From Aeromonas phage 25, in the sequence record DQ529280.1: a DNA stretch of 24,000 nt. One strand, 5' to 3'. The notes below the pieces were generated by a model. The model ran no database searches. It saw only the letters and a program-made list of their open reading frames with translations, and had not been told where the DNA came from. Below, one piece after another: positions 7,829 to 15,866 of the stretch (within the stretch, counting starts at the first letter, position 1; the number at the start of each line of letters is the position of its first letter). Both the position numbers and the translations under genes were made by a program.

Positions 7829-7858
7829 AAAGTACTCCTTGTTGGTTAACTTGAAGCT

Positions 7859-7886
7859 ATTTTATCATGAAGCACTATCTTGTACA
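7859..7886 (-). promoter_or_regulatory. promoter TGTACA-16-TAAAAT
   Basis: -35 7881-7886, -10 7859-7864, directly after a terminator. Confidence 0.6.
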
Positions 7887-7900
7887 CTAGTTTTGAAAAC

Positions 7901-7923
7901 AAAAAGGGGCTCCGAAGAGCCCC
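7901..7923 (-). terminator. Rho-independent terminator
   Basis: Minus strand GGGGCTC-TTCG-GAGCCCC-TTTTT. Confidence 0.92.
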
Positions 7924-7953
7924 TATATAAATAAGATGAAACGATAAACTGGA

Positions 7954-7980
7954 TCGTGCAAACACGACGGGCGAAGCCCG
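7954..7980. repeat. two directly abutting hairpins in a noncoding gap
   Basis: TCGTG-CAAA-CACGA (7954-7967) and CGGGC-GAA-GCCCG (7968-7980). Confidence 0.6.
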
Positions 7981-8080
7981 GTTCTTTTTATTCCAGTAAT
8001 CACTCAGGTGTTTTATCAATTCAACTGACTTGCTATATAGGCTGTTTCCCAGGTCACTCTCGGTGTGGGAACACCAGGTG

Positions 8081-8560
8081 TCACAGGATGAAGTCTGCCT
8101 CTTCCAAATATGATTCATTGAGACCACCTTTGATATGAACCAGGTGTCTAAGTAGGACCTCATCGTGATCATGCATGCATTGGGCGTCATCCAAGACCAC
8201 CCATCTATGGATATTATGATCGGCTACATGACGAAGAACACCAGTGCCACGAGATTTTCCGCCGCCAGTATCGTATGCTTCGGAATGATACGGAAGTTCG
8301 AGAAAATCACATATCATTTTTCCAGTATCACGCAAAACGACCCATGAGCTAATTACAACCGCTTTAGCATCATGTTTCTTTAGCCATTCCCTCAGCAAAC
8401 TGAGTCTATGGTTGCTGACAAAATCGCCACGATTGTATGGTGAAACACGATACAAGTGACTGTTCCGGTCAGTTCTCCATTCTGCGTGATCAGCACCCGT
8501 ATTGAGAACACCATCAATATCCAGATAAACAACTACTTCTTCATTTACTTGCTGATCCAT
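8081..8560 (-). CDS. HAD-superfamily hydrolase-like protein (resembles the HAD domain of Swiss-army-knife RNA-repair-type proteins)
   Basis: VVVYLDIDGVLNTG (motif I), AVVISSWV (motif II), WVVLDDAQ (acidic motif IV). Start adjusted to MDQQV at 8560 (GAGG upstream, overlap with the preceding stop). Confidence 0.75.
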   Translation of the reverse strand: MDQQVNEEVVVYLDIDGVLNTGADHAEWRTDRNSHLYRVSPYNRGDFVSNHRLSLLREWLKKHDAKAVVISSWVVLRDTGKMICDFLELPYHSEAYDTGGGKSRGTGVLRHVADHNIHRWVVLDDAQCMHDHDEVLLRHLVHIKGGLNESYLEEADFIL

Positions 8561-8934
8561 TTTGGGCCTCGTTTGGTTCGTTGAATCCATCGGAAATCAG
8601 TGTTGATTACACGGTTCAAAACATGATGAGTCGCAGATTTTGATAGCCAAAACTGAAACTTCAGTTTTCGAGTGTCTCGACTTCTGATAAAAAGCTCATC
8701 CGCGCCAGTAAAACAGCCGTAAATCAATCTGTCATGATCGTAAACTGGAACTTCTCGGCCCTTAAGGAAGCAGTGTCGTGCGACCCGCAAAATAGCACAA
8801 AAATCTTCAGTTGAAATGAATTTTGCAAAGTGCGGGTTATTGTTAGCAAACGTAAATCCACGTGTGCCATATTTGCAACCATTTGCTGGAACCAAGCCGA
8901 AGTGATACGCTAACCAAGCGTAATTTTGTTTCAT
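8545..8934 (-). CDS. hypothetical protein (129 aa with adjusted start)
   Basis: MKQNYAWLAYHFGLVPANG at 8934 with GGAG upstream and ATGA-type overlap. Confidence 0.7.
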   Translation of the reverse strand: MKQNYAWLAYHFGLVPANGCKYGTRGFTFANNNPHFAKFISTEDFCAILRVARHCFLKGREVPVYDHDRLIYGCFTGADELFIRSRDTRKLKFQFWLSKSATHHVLNRVINTDFRWIQRTKRGPKWISK

Positions 8935-9179
8935 TCTCGAATCTCCACTAGTACACCATCCCTGAAAGGATTCGGTTTTGCTACCCACGTTTTGGCCGTC
9001 GGATGCTTTTGCCCAAGCATTTCACCAATAGATTTAATCAACGCTTCATATCGCGCATTATAATCTTTTCGTTTGACAAACCGCAGAAACATCGTTGAAT
9101 TCAACCGATTTCGGATTTCCATTGCTGTTTGGATCGTTGTGCCCCAGAAGCTATCCGCACCATAATGCTCGTAAATCAT
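8931..9179 (-). CDS. hypothetical protein
   Basis: 82-aa ORF with ATGA overlaps on both sides. Confidence 0.7.
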   Translation of the reverse strand: MIYEHYGADSFWGTTIQTAMEIRNRLNSTMFLRFVKRKDYNARYEALIKSIGEMLGQKHPTAKTWVAKPNPFRDGVLVEIRE

Positions 9180-9433
9180 TTTGATGCCTCATTTTTAGCC
9201 CATTCGATGATTGTATTATAATCATCACTAACAAATGCTTGAGGAACATCTATTACAATTTGGAATTCTTCCATCGGAGAATCGGCATCACCTTCGACAC
9301 ACAAAACTCCATCAACCCTGCTAAATTCCCATGCCCCGTTAATAACATAAGCACTTTGAACTTTACCGTCGTGCCAGGTGACGTGTGATAAAAGAAGGGG
9401 TTTTTTCAACCCCTCTCCGAAAACAACTGTCAT
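9176..9433 (-). CDS. hypothetical protein
   Basis: 85-aa ORF overlapping its neighbours by 4 nt. Confidence 0.7.
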   Translation of the reverse strand: MTVVFGEGLKKPLLLSHVTWHDGKVQSAYVINGAWEFSRVDGVLCVEGDADSPMEEFQIVIDVPQAFVSDDYNTIIEWAKNEASK

Positions 9434-10095
9434 TTACGGACACTCCGCGGGTCAACATCATCACCAGTGGGAATATCGTCGAGACCGAGAGCGTATCGCT
9501 TGGAATAAAGCAATTCTAACGCAGCCTTGGCACAATCGTGAATTGCGTTATGGGCAACAAATCCATCCAAAACACCCTTAGGCATAGGGCACATGGTCAT
9601 ATCTCGCATCAACAGAGTAGCTTCTACAGCAGTACGAACATCACGTTGTTGCCAGAAGAAACATGGCTCATATTTGAATGTTTCACGGGTGTTGTAAATT
9701 TTGCGGATAACATCGACCATAATAGGAAAATCGAAGCTTTGACCGCGGCACCATCCCTGACCTGTTTTCTTGTCAAACCCTTGTGCTGCAAGAAAGTCAA
9801 GGAAGCTTTCATAAAATTCCATGACACTGACATCTTCACTCGATGGTTTAAGATGCTTTTGAGCTTCGGTATCTTGTTTTTTCCACCAATCGATTGTTCC
9901 TTGGTCAAAGAATCTCATGCCTTTTTGTTCTTGCAGATTGAATTTGAATCGACGCCCGCGTTTGCACAGGTCTTCAAATGTAGGCAGTTTGTATGGGTCA
10001 TGCTCAAACACCAAAACAGCAAGGTCAACTACTGCGCCATCAGGGGCATTGCCCATAGTTTCCCAGTCAATAATAAAATCTGTCACTTTGCTCAT
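9430..10095 (-). CDS. dexA: DexA-like 3'-5' exonuclease
   Basis: FIIDWETMG exonuclease I motif, GWCRGQSFDFPIM, HNAIHDCAKAALEL; adjacent to dda as in T4-like phages. Confidence 0.88.
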   Translation of the reverse strand: MSKVTDFIIDWETMGNAPDGAVVDLAVLVFEHDPYKLPTFEDLCKRGRRFKFNLQEQKGMRFFDQGTIDWWKKQDTEAQKHLKPSSEDVSVMEFYESFLDFLAAQGFDKKTGQGWCRGQSFDFPIMVDVIRKIYNTRETFKYEPCFFWQQRDVRTAVEATLLMRDMTMCPMPKGVLDGFVAHNAIHDCAKAALELLYSKRYALGLDDIPTGDDVDPRSVRK

Positions 10096-10310
10096 ACTAA
10101 TCTACTCTCCACTTGGTTTGGTTTAATGTGCAATACCATATCAAAAGCATCGCTCAATATGCGATAACTTCCGAATTTGTATTGTAATACAGTTCCACTA
10201 TAGCGATACCCATTTTTGATAAAATAGACCAGTTGACCTGGTCTATAAATCGCTTTTTCGGGATACTTATACGAAACAGACATTTTTGCGGGCACGAGTA
10301 TTTCCGACAT
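10092..10310 (-). CDS. hypothetical protein between dda and dexA
   Basis: 72-aa ORF; start uncertain (alternative MSVSYKYPEKAIY at 10283). Confidence 0.65.
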   Translation of the reverse strand: MSEILVPAKMSVSYKYPEKAIYRPGQLVYFIKNGYRYSGTVLQYKFGSYRILSDAFDMVLHIKPNQVESRLV

Positions 10311-11586
10311 AAATCAATTCCTGTGCAACATCCGGGTCTCTGCAATATTGATGCAAACACGGAGTAAAAAGATATGCATTATCGAATGTTGAACCCTGTG
10401 ATTTATGAAATGTCATTGCACCCAAGGGTCGAACTTTAACGAAAGTATTACGTATTGCCCAGAAGTCTTTCCAGTTGGGGAAAACTTCACGACTTCTATA
10501 TTTTTCAGCAATAATAGACAAAAATTCGTTTATTGCATATTGAGTATTTTGGTCATGAACAACCGTAAACCACGCCCGTCTATAGTCATCTTCATCTTCT
10601 TCATAAGATTCACACTCAAGCATTGTGCATTCGACTTCAATTTCGCCGACACCTTTTGCTTTAAGCGTTTTGCGAGAAGGTTTGATGTTTATAACCCGTA
10701 CGTTTTGTCCATTGTTGAAAATGACTTCTTTTAGAGTTTGGCCACCAATGTCTATGTCAAACATGAGTGGTTCTTGCATGACCAATATTTCATCTGGAAA
10801 GAATGGCGCAACGTTTGCCCCATATAGCTGTTTGCGAATAACGGAATTTAGCTTATCAACAGAATTGTTTGTGTAAGCCATTATGCGATTTTCAAGTAGG
10901 TCATTTGGCGTTTTTGTTCTTTCGAAATATTTTGAAAGAAAATCTTTGACCGTATGAAATTGCTTTACTCCATTACCAGAATCGTCAAGCTTTTCATAAA
11001 TCCATTTGCCATTTCGGATATCTGTTGCAACTTCAATGATTGGGCCTTGGTGACGTTTTACTTCGGTCAATTCGACTTGTTCAAATCGATTGTCTGTGAA
11101 GAATGGACTGAGTTCATGCGTATCATCTTCTGATACTCCCCGAATTTGCGCCTTATCTCCAATGCCGATAACAACGCAATGAGATGGAACATTTCGCATC
11201 AGAATGTCAAACAATTTTGCGGGTATAAAAACCGATACTTCGTCGCAGATAAGCACACGTGTTTTGGAGAAGTCAGGAGTACCTTTCTGCTCAAAAATTC
11301 GATTTTCTTCGAGAGTGCTTGGGTTAATCTTCAGGACAGACTGAATTGTATACGACTTGCGCAAGGCATGCTGGGACAATTCTTTCTTTGCTTGGTGCGT
11401 AGGTGCTGTGAGAACAATACCTTGTTGGCCGGTTTGGAAAAGGCGTTCAAAGAAAAAACGGGTCATAGTAGTTTTACCAGAGCCCGCAGGCCCTCGAATG
11501 GTAATATGGCGTTTAGTTCTCATTGCTTGGAGTGCTTTTTCAATAGCATCTTTTTGACCAACAGTCAAATCATCATATGTTACCAT
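10267..11586 (-). CDS. dda: Dda-like DNA helicase
   Basis: GPAGSGKTTMTRFF Walker A, CDEVSVF, GDKAQIRG, MTFHKSQGST; parallels T4 Dda along its length (SILKINP, VATDIRNGKWIY). Confidence 0.95.
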   Translation of the reverse strand: MVTYDDLTVGQKDAIEKALQAMRTKRHITIRGPAGSGKTTMTRFFFERLFQTGQQGIVLTAPTHQAKKELSQHALRKSYTIQSVLKINPSTLEENRIFEQKGTPDFSKTRVLICDEVSVFIPAKLFDILMRNVPSHCVVIGIGDKAQIRGVSEDDTHELSPFFTDNRFEQVELTEVKRHQGPIIEVATDIRNGKWIYEKLDDSGNGVKQFHTVKDFLSKYFERTKTPNDLLENRIMAYTNNSVDKLNSVIRKQLYGANVAPFFPDEILVMQEPLMFDIDIGGQTLKEVIFNNGQNVRVINIKPSRKTLKAKGVGEIEVECTMLECESYEEDEDDYRRAWFTVVHDQNTQYAINEFLSIIAEKYRSREVFPNWKDFWAIRNTFVKVRPLGAMTFHKSQGSTFDNAYLFTPCLHQYCRDPDVAQELIYVGNTRARKNVCFV

Positions 11587-11588
11587 TT

Positions 11589-11900
11589 TTACCTCATTTG
11601 TTTTGGCATCACGTTAATATCAGCGATATGCATTGTATCACACAGTCGTTTATGCGTATTGGCCAAATATTCCGACGGCTTGTTGATCGCGACTATTGTT
11701 GGAAGCCCAAATAGTCGCTTTTTGACGACTTTTGTTCCTTTCAAATACTCTGCTATGGCTTCTTTCGCTTTCTGCATATTAGCTTTGGCATCTTCCCACG
11801 AATTATGGAATACAACGCCGCTAGATGAGCCGTACAAATTGCCGTCCACAAAATGACAGAATCCTTCGACGTCTTTCCATTGGATTACATATTTTTTCAT
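11589..11900 (-). CDS. hypothetical protein
   Basis: 103-aa ORF immediately upstream of dda in the operon. Confidence 0.7.
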   Translation of the reverse strand: MKKYVIQWKDVEGFCHFVDGNLYGSSSGVVFHNSWEDAKANMQKAKEAIAEYLKGTKVVKKRLFGLPTIVAINKPSEYLANTHKRLCDTMHIADINVMPKQMR

Positions 11901-11903
11901 GAA

Positions 11904-12095
11904 TCACCCGTGGCAGAAAATATACCCATTTCCATTGGGATTACTGACAACTTTTATATCAGGAATGAATGTCATATCAAACTTTTCTGCTTTAAAAGTG
12001 TAATTGACTCGGATTAGAACACCGTTAGGTGTATTCATAGCAAATGTTACACCATGATTGTCCCGGTTAATTTCAATCCATTTGACTTCATACAT
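11904..12095 (-). CDS. hypothetical protein (63 aa, adjusted start MYEVKWIEINRD)
   Basis: ATGAGG RBS-like sequence 5' of the ATG at 12095; the track start at 12170 lies inside another small ORF. Confidence 0.6.
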   Translation of the reverse strand: MYEVKWIEINRDNHGVTFAMNTPNGVLIRVNYTFKAEKFDMTFIPDIKVVSNPNGNGYIFCHG

Positions 12096-12219
12096 AGCAA
12101 AAATCCTCATATTTGATTGTTTGAAATGGAATATATGGGGCGTAAATAGACGCCCTTCCTTCTTCAACATCTAGTTTGCGCAAGCGATTGATTTCATCAA
12201 TTTCATCTTGTTCAAGCAT
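12088..12219 (-). CDS. small 43-aa ORF MLEQDEIDEINRLRKLDVEEGRASIYAPYIPFQTIKYEDFCYV (not in track)
   Basis: TAATG stop/start overlap with the upstream dCTPase gene and overlap with the downstream ORF start; fills the whole gap. Confidence 0.65.
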   Translation of the reverse strand: MLEQDEIDEINRLRKLDVEEGRASIYAPYIPFQTIKYEDFCYV

Positions 12220-12734
12220 TAATATCCATTCTCCTGCCTTGCGAAGTTTTCGGCATTTTTCAAATAATAGAGTTTGAAGATTTCATCACCATCCATGCCC
12301 ATAGCAATGATCTTGTTAAGAACAAAATGCATTTGGTCAATCAACTCAAATTTTGCTTCGAGTTGGTCTTCAGGTGACAATTCAGAAAATAGTCGATTAC
12401 GATATTCATCATGTTCGGCACGCCATGGTTTCCAGATCGCATTCGGTTTGGGATTACTCATTCCACCCAGAGCAGTATAATGCTCGCGAATCTCATCTGC
12501 AATATAATCATCCTGAGCTTGGCACCAGTCAAGAATTTCGCCGCAAGTTTTAAGCTCTCGTGGGTCGCGATTGTATTTCGGGTGTCGTTGCGCGAGCTCA
12601 ATTTGAAGTTGGCGTTGCATATCAATCATTCGATTGAGAGGATTATCGTGGGCACTAAGGCAATCATTCAGCGCATTTGCTGCCTTGTCCATATCATTGG
12701 CCAACTGAGCGCATTCATTGAATTGAGGTGTCAT
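12219..12734 (-). CDS. 56: dCTP pyrophosphatase (T4 gp56-like)
   Basis: FNECAQLANDMDKA...MIDMQRQLQIELA...SPEDQLEAKFELIDQMHFVLN...EIFKLYYLKNAENFARQENGY matches the T4 gp56 pattern. Confidence 0.93.
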   Translation of the reverse strand: MTPQFNECAQLANDMDKAANALNDCLSAHDNPLNRMIDMQRQLQIELAQRHPKYNRDPRELKTCGEILDWCQAQDDYIADEIREHYTALGGMSNPKPNAIWKPWRAEHDEYRNRLFSELSPEDQLEAKFELIDQMHFVLNKIIAMGMDGDEIFKLYYLKNAENFARQENGY

Positions 12735-12759
12735 TTTATTCTCCTATGTTAGTTATAAT

Positions 12760-12788
12760 ATTATATCATTTTTCAACACAAACAGCAA
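12760..12788 (-). promoter_or_regulatory. promoter TTGCTG-17-TATAAT
   Basis: -35 12783-12788, -10 12760-12765, upstream of gene 56. Confidence 0.6.
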
Positions 12789-12819
12789 GTATATTTCCTA
12801 GAATCAGGGGTATTTTCAT

Positions 12820-12957
12820 TTACCCACACATTCGAGCTTTTTCGCAAGAATCATATGTGTTAAACGGGATAGAATGAACAGAAGACATTCCTGTTCCAAC
12901 TATGGTGAGAATAAGAATCCAACATTTTGCATTACCCTCATCGTTCCCTATTGCCAT
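12820..12957 (-). CDS. candidate 45-aa small ORF with hydrophobic segment (not in track)
   Basis: MAIGNDEGNAKCWILILTIVGTGMSSVHSIPFNTYDSCEKARMCG; overlaps the end of the LprI-like gene; hydrophobic stretch then two Cys. Confidence 0.4.
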   Translation of the reverse strand: MAIGNDEGNAKCWILILTIVGTGMSSVHSIPFNTYDSCEKARMCG

Positions 12958-13621
12958 AGTTTCGCATACCTTGACGACTCTGCTGAATATTCATTTTCAA
13001 ATTATCAATGGTCATATTGATAAAACCAGTTTCGATTTTATACTCCACTGATTTGAATTCGTTAATTAGACCAGCAGAACGTGCTTGAGCTACCCATCTG
13101 CCCATCACCTCGTTGCGAACTATCCTGTACGCGCAGTTGCGCATCCAAATCGGAGCATTTTTGTCACGGTAATCTGTGTAGCTCGTTTTTCCACGAAAGT
13201 TGAGTTCATCCCCTTGCTTTGCTTGCCAAATGAGATCTGCCACCGTGTCTTTTTCGACAGGTCGATTACTTGTAGCTTTAGCAGAATCGGTTCTGACAAT
13301 TTCAGAATGTGGTTTTTTCTGAACACCTTCCAATTCGGCAATAATCTGCAACTCAATGATGCGGTCAGTCATATTGTCTTTTAGTTCAGACAATGATGTT
13401 GAAGCATTCCGGGTTTTGATATACGCACGCTGGTCAACTTTAACCCCGGGGATATGCGATACCGCCTTAAATGCTTCTGCCATTTGATCATCCAGCAAAG
13501 AAATTTCTGGAACAGCGCAAATAGCTTTCTCGATAGCATTCAGATTTTTTACTTGGCAATCCAAGCTAGCAGCAGAAGCTGTAGAAGCAGCGAATAATAG
13601 AGCAATAGTCAGAGCTTTCAT
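12938..13621 (-). CDS. exported protein, LprI/DUF1311-like N-terminal region
   Basis: Signal peptide MKALTIALLFAASTASA, then LDCQVKNLNAIEKAICAVPEISLLDDQMAEAFKA resembling the lysozyme-inhibitor LprI/DUF1311 pattern. Confidence 0.7.
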   Translation of the reverse strand: MKALTIALLFAASTASAASLDCQVKNLNAIEKAICAVPEISLLDDQMAEAFKAVSHIPGVKVDQRAYIKTRNASTSLSELKDNMTDRIIELQIIAELEGVQKKPHSEIVRTDSAKATSNRPVEKDTVADLIWQAKQGDELNFRGKTSYTDYRDKNAPIWMRNCAYRIVRNEVMGRWVAQARSAGLINEFKSVEYKIETGFINMTIDNLKMNIQQSRQGMRNYGNRER

Positions 13622-13788
13622 GTTTTGTTCTCCGTATTTTGCATATCGCGGACAGCCTCCAGCGCACCACGGTCGAAATCGTTAAAATCGAAAGAATTAT
13701 CTGCTTGTGCTTCAATTTCTTCACGAGATTGAGTTTTTGCAGCGTCAAAAGCCCACTTATATCCACGTTTATAAAGCTCAGATTTCAT
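13618..13788 (-). CDS. small 56-aa ORF (not in track)
   Basis: MKSELYKRGYKWAFDAAKTQSREEIEAQADNSFDFNDFDRGALEAVRDMQNTENKT; ATGA overlap with the next gene's start and overlap with the denV end. Confidence 0.7.
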   Translation of the reverse strand: MKSELYKRGYKWAFDAAKTQSREEIEAQADNSFDFNDFDRGALEAVRDMQNTENKT

Positions 13789-14239
13789 TCATTTTTTCCT
13801 TATATTCGTCAATCTGCTTAAGTTGCTGAATTTGTTTTTCAGTCAACTTGTGCTTTTCGGGAATCATCTCAGAAATTCTTGTGCGACTCAACGAGATGTC
13901 AGCTTTTGACGGTTCCCATTCGCCAAATAAATGTGCATATTCGGGAAAGAAAATTTCAACTTTCCAATTGTCAGTCGCCGAATAGCCGCGTTTTGTCATT
14001 TCTTCCATTAGCATCAGATATCGATCGCGTAGCCAAGCCAATTTGTTGTAAAAGAAAGTTACATGCCCTCGACCACCGAGAGGGTTTTTATTTGTGCGAA
14101 CGGTAAATTTTGATGGAATTTTACCAGTCTTTCCGTTTTTCTTGATCAAAATGCTCGCAACCCGAGGATTCTCATACCATTCGCCTATGAGGTGAGCATT
14201 GCACAATAGAGAAGGATGTTCGAGATTTATGCGTGTCAT
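13778..14239 (-). CDS. denV: pyrimidine dimer DNA glycosylase (T4 endonuclease V/DenV-like)
   Basis: MTRINL start; T2, R3, H16, E20, E23 and R26 align without gaps to T4 DenV; GHVTFFYNKLAWLRDR. Confidence 0.93.
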   Translation of the reverse strand: MTRINLEHPSLLCNAHLIGEWYENPRVASILIKKNGKTGKIPSKFTVRTNKNPLGGRGHVTFFYNKLAWLRDRYLMLMEEMTKRGYSATDNWKVEIFFPEYAHLFGEWEPSKADISLSRTRISEMIPEKHKLTEKQIQQLKQIDEYKEKMNEI

Positions 14240-14274
14240 AGATGTTCAAATTGCCATTTGTTTAACTTACGGAT

Positions 14275-14303
14275 ATCCTATCACGTTGCAATTTGAAAGT
14301 AAA
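14275..14303 (-). promoter_or_regulatory. promoter TTTACT-17-TAGGAT (T4-early-like GTTTACTTTC)
   Basis: -35 14298-14303, -10 14275-14280 upstream of denV. Confidence 0.5.
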
Positions 14304-14322
14304 CAGTAAAATTCACTAAATA

Positions 14323-15327
14323 TTATACTCGTTTCCACTTGCCGAATCTGAGTTTTGCTTGCAAACCCGAGGTAGTGTTATCTCGAAAATATTTCTCTAT
14401 TTCTTCAGAGGTTGCTCCGTTTTTGGCTATCATATCATTCACGTCTTTGGACGCCCAAGGGCACCTGTCCCACATCACAACTCGTTCACCTGCATCTATT
14501 AGTCTAGACAGCCGCTTGCATGTATCAGGATGAAATGGTTCATTATCAAGAACCCATACTCGAGTGCTTTTGAACGGCACTTCGTTTAGTGCAAGACTAC
14601 CGCCAGTGATAGCTCCAGAATTCGGAATGAAGAGGGAGTCAATTGGTCCTTCCATAAACCATACAGTTCGGTTCCCATCAATTGTGTCCATTCCGTAAAT
14701 TTTTGATGCATCTTCATGAGCCTTTATAGTGATGTATTTGTTTGGACTAGCTGATAGAGCTCTTCCCTGAAAAGACTGGATTTCACCATTTTTGTCAAAT
14801 ATTGGGATAACCAATCTATTTTCCGGCGATTCACGGGTATATGTATCTGGTGAAATAGAATTTACCAATTTTTGCCATTCACGAGTAAACCACAACCTCT
14901 TGTATGCTGTTGTCGGTATTTTTCTGTTTGCGACATATTTTACTATAGGATGGTTCACTGGTAGTAAATCTAGACGATCACAAAAATTTAACTTTTCAAT
15001 CACCGGCATTTTTTTTGTGAAAAGATTTTCTACTGGTTTTGTTTCTGTCTTGAAGACAGTGCTTTCTTTCCTTCTTTCTAATAGCCATTCACGATAAAGT
15101 TCTTCTTCTCGTTCCTTTAAATACCCGCCCAAATTGCTATGATAACCACAGTTAAAGCAATGAACTTGCCACTCGCCCTTCTTCTCATACATCCAAAAGC
15201 GGGCTTTGTTCATGTCTGTCATGGAATCACCACATATTGGACATCTCGAATTGAACTTTCCCTTCTTTCGTTTGAATTTTGGCAAATGCATCATTGCTCT
15301 TTCAGCAAACAAAAAATCAGCAAACAT
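14323..15327 (-). CDS. 61: DNA primase (T4 gp61-like)
   Basis: FAERAMMHLPKF, zinc motif CPICGDS...CFNCGYH, EGPIDSLFI, GGSLAL, VLDNEPFHPDT, KDVNDMI. Start adjusted to MFADF at 15327 (GGAGTTATTATG). Confidence 0.95.
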   Translation of the reverse strand: MFADFLFAERAMMHLPKFKRKKGKFNSRCPICGDSMTDMNKARFWMYEKKGEWQVHCFNCGYHSNLGGYLKEREEELYREWLLERRKESTVFKTETKPVENLFTKKMPVIEKLNFCDRLDLLPVNHPIVKYVANRKIPTTAYKRLWFTREWQKLVNSISPDTYTRESPENRLVIPIFDKNGEIQSFQGRALSASPNKYITIKAHEDASKIYGMDTIDGNRTVWFMEGPIDSLFIPNSGAITGGSLALNEVPFKSTRVWVLDNEPFHPDTCKRLSRLIDAGERVVMWDRCPWASKDVNDMIAKNGATSEEIEKYFRDNTTSGLQAKLRFGKWKRV

Positions 15328-15338
15328 AATAACTCCAA

Positions 15339-15357
15339 ATGGGGCTCTTGGCCCCAT
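15339..15357 (-). promoter_or_regulatory. hairpin adjacent to the primase RBS
   Basis: Minus strand ATGGGGC-CAAGA-GCCCCAT, 3 nt before the GGAG of gene 61. Confidence 0.5.
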
Positions 15358-15361
15358 TATA

Positions 15362-15646
15362 TTACGCAATAAAACCTTTAGCACCCAATTGACGACATGC
15401 TTCCAACAGAATTTCGCGATGTTGAGCATATTCTAAACGTGAGAATGGCTTTCCTTGTGTAACCAAGTACGAATCAATTTCTGCAGCATTAACAGCCATC
15501 TCATACACAACATCCTTCATCATGCTCGGTAAACAATTTGTGTAGATTGTTTTCAGAATATTGAGATGAGGCTGATTTCTAAGATTCTTTAATGCCACAT
15601 GACCTAAAGCCTCGCATGCTTCTTGAGCGGCTTCGAACGTAATCAT
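15362..15646 (-). CDS. hypothetical protein upstream of the primase (61.1-like position)
   Basis: 94-aa ORF; ATGA overlap with the upstream ORF. Confidence 0.7.
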   Translation of the reverse strand: MITFEAAQEACEALGHVALKNLRNQPHLNILKTIYTNCLPSMMKDVVYEMAVNAAEIDSYLVTQGKPFSRLEYAQHREILLEACRQLGAKGFIA

Positions 15647-15834
15647 TTCTTCTTCTTTTCCTTCTTAGGAAGGGCTTTAGGCCCAGGGGAAATGACTGCG
15701 CCAGACGTTTTACCAGCTGCGATGTTGACTGGGTCTCCTCCAGAATCACCAGCCACAACATCTTCGTCAACCTGTATATCCATATTGACATGATCTTTCT
15801 GTTTACCAGAACACTCTAGAAATGTTTTCATCAT
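15643..15834 (-). CDS. hypothetical protein with lysine-rich C-terminus
   Basis: 63-aa ORF, AGGAAACTGATG; ends KKEKKKK. Confidence 0.65.
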   Translation of the reverse strand: MMKTFLECSGKQKDHVNMDIQVDEDVVAGDSGGDPVNIAAGKTSGAVISPGPKALPKKEKKKK

Positions 15835-15848
15835 CAGTTTCCTATATA

Positions 15849-15866
15849 GATGGCCGTTAGGCCATC
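15849..15866 (-). repeat. intercistronic hairpin overlapping the gene 41 stop codon
   Basis: GATGGCC-(4)-GGCCATC perfect 7-bp stem. Confidence 0.55.

Noticed and set aside
7846-8190. 114-aa minus-strand ORF spanning the HAD gene end, gap and terminator
   Set aside because: Overlaps the conserved HAD frame, reads through a strong terminator and a promoter, and has low-quality composition.
13085-13384. Antisense ORFs 13085-13384 (+) and 13120-13356 (-) over the LprI-like gene
   Set aside because: Shadow frames of the signal-peptide protein; no independent support.
15579-15791. 70-aa minus-strand ORF
   Set aside because: Out of frame inside two better supported small genes with coupled start/stop codons.
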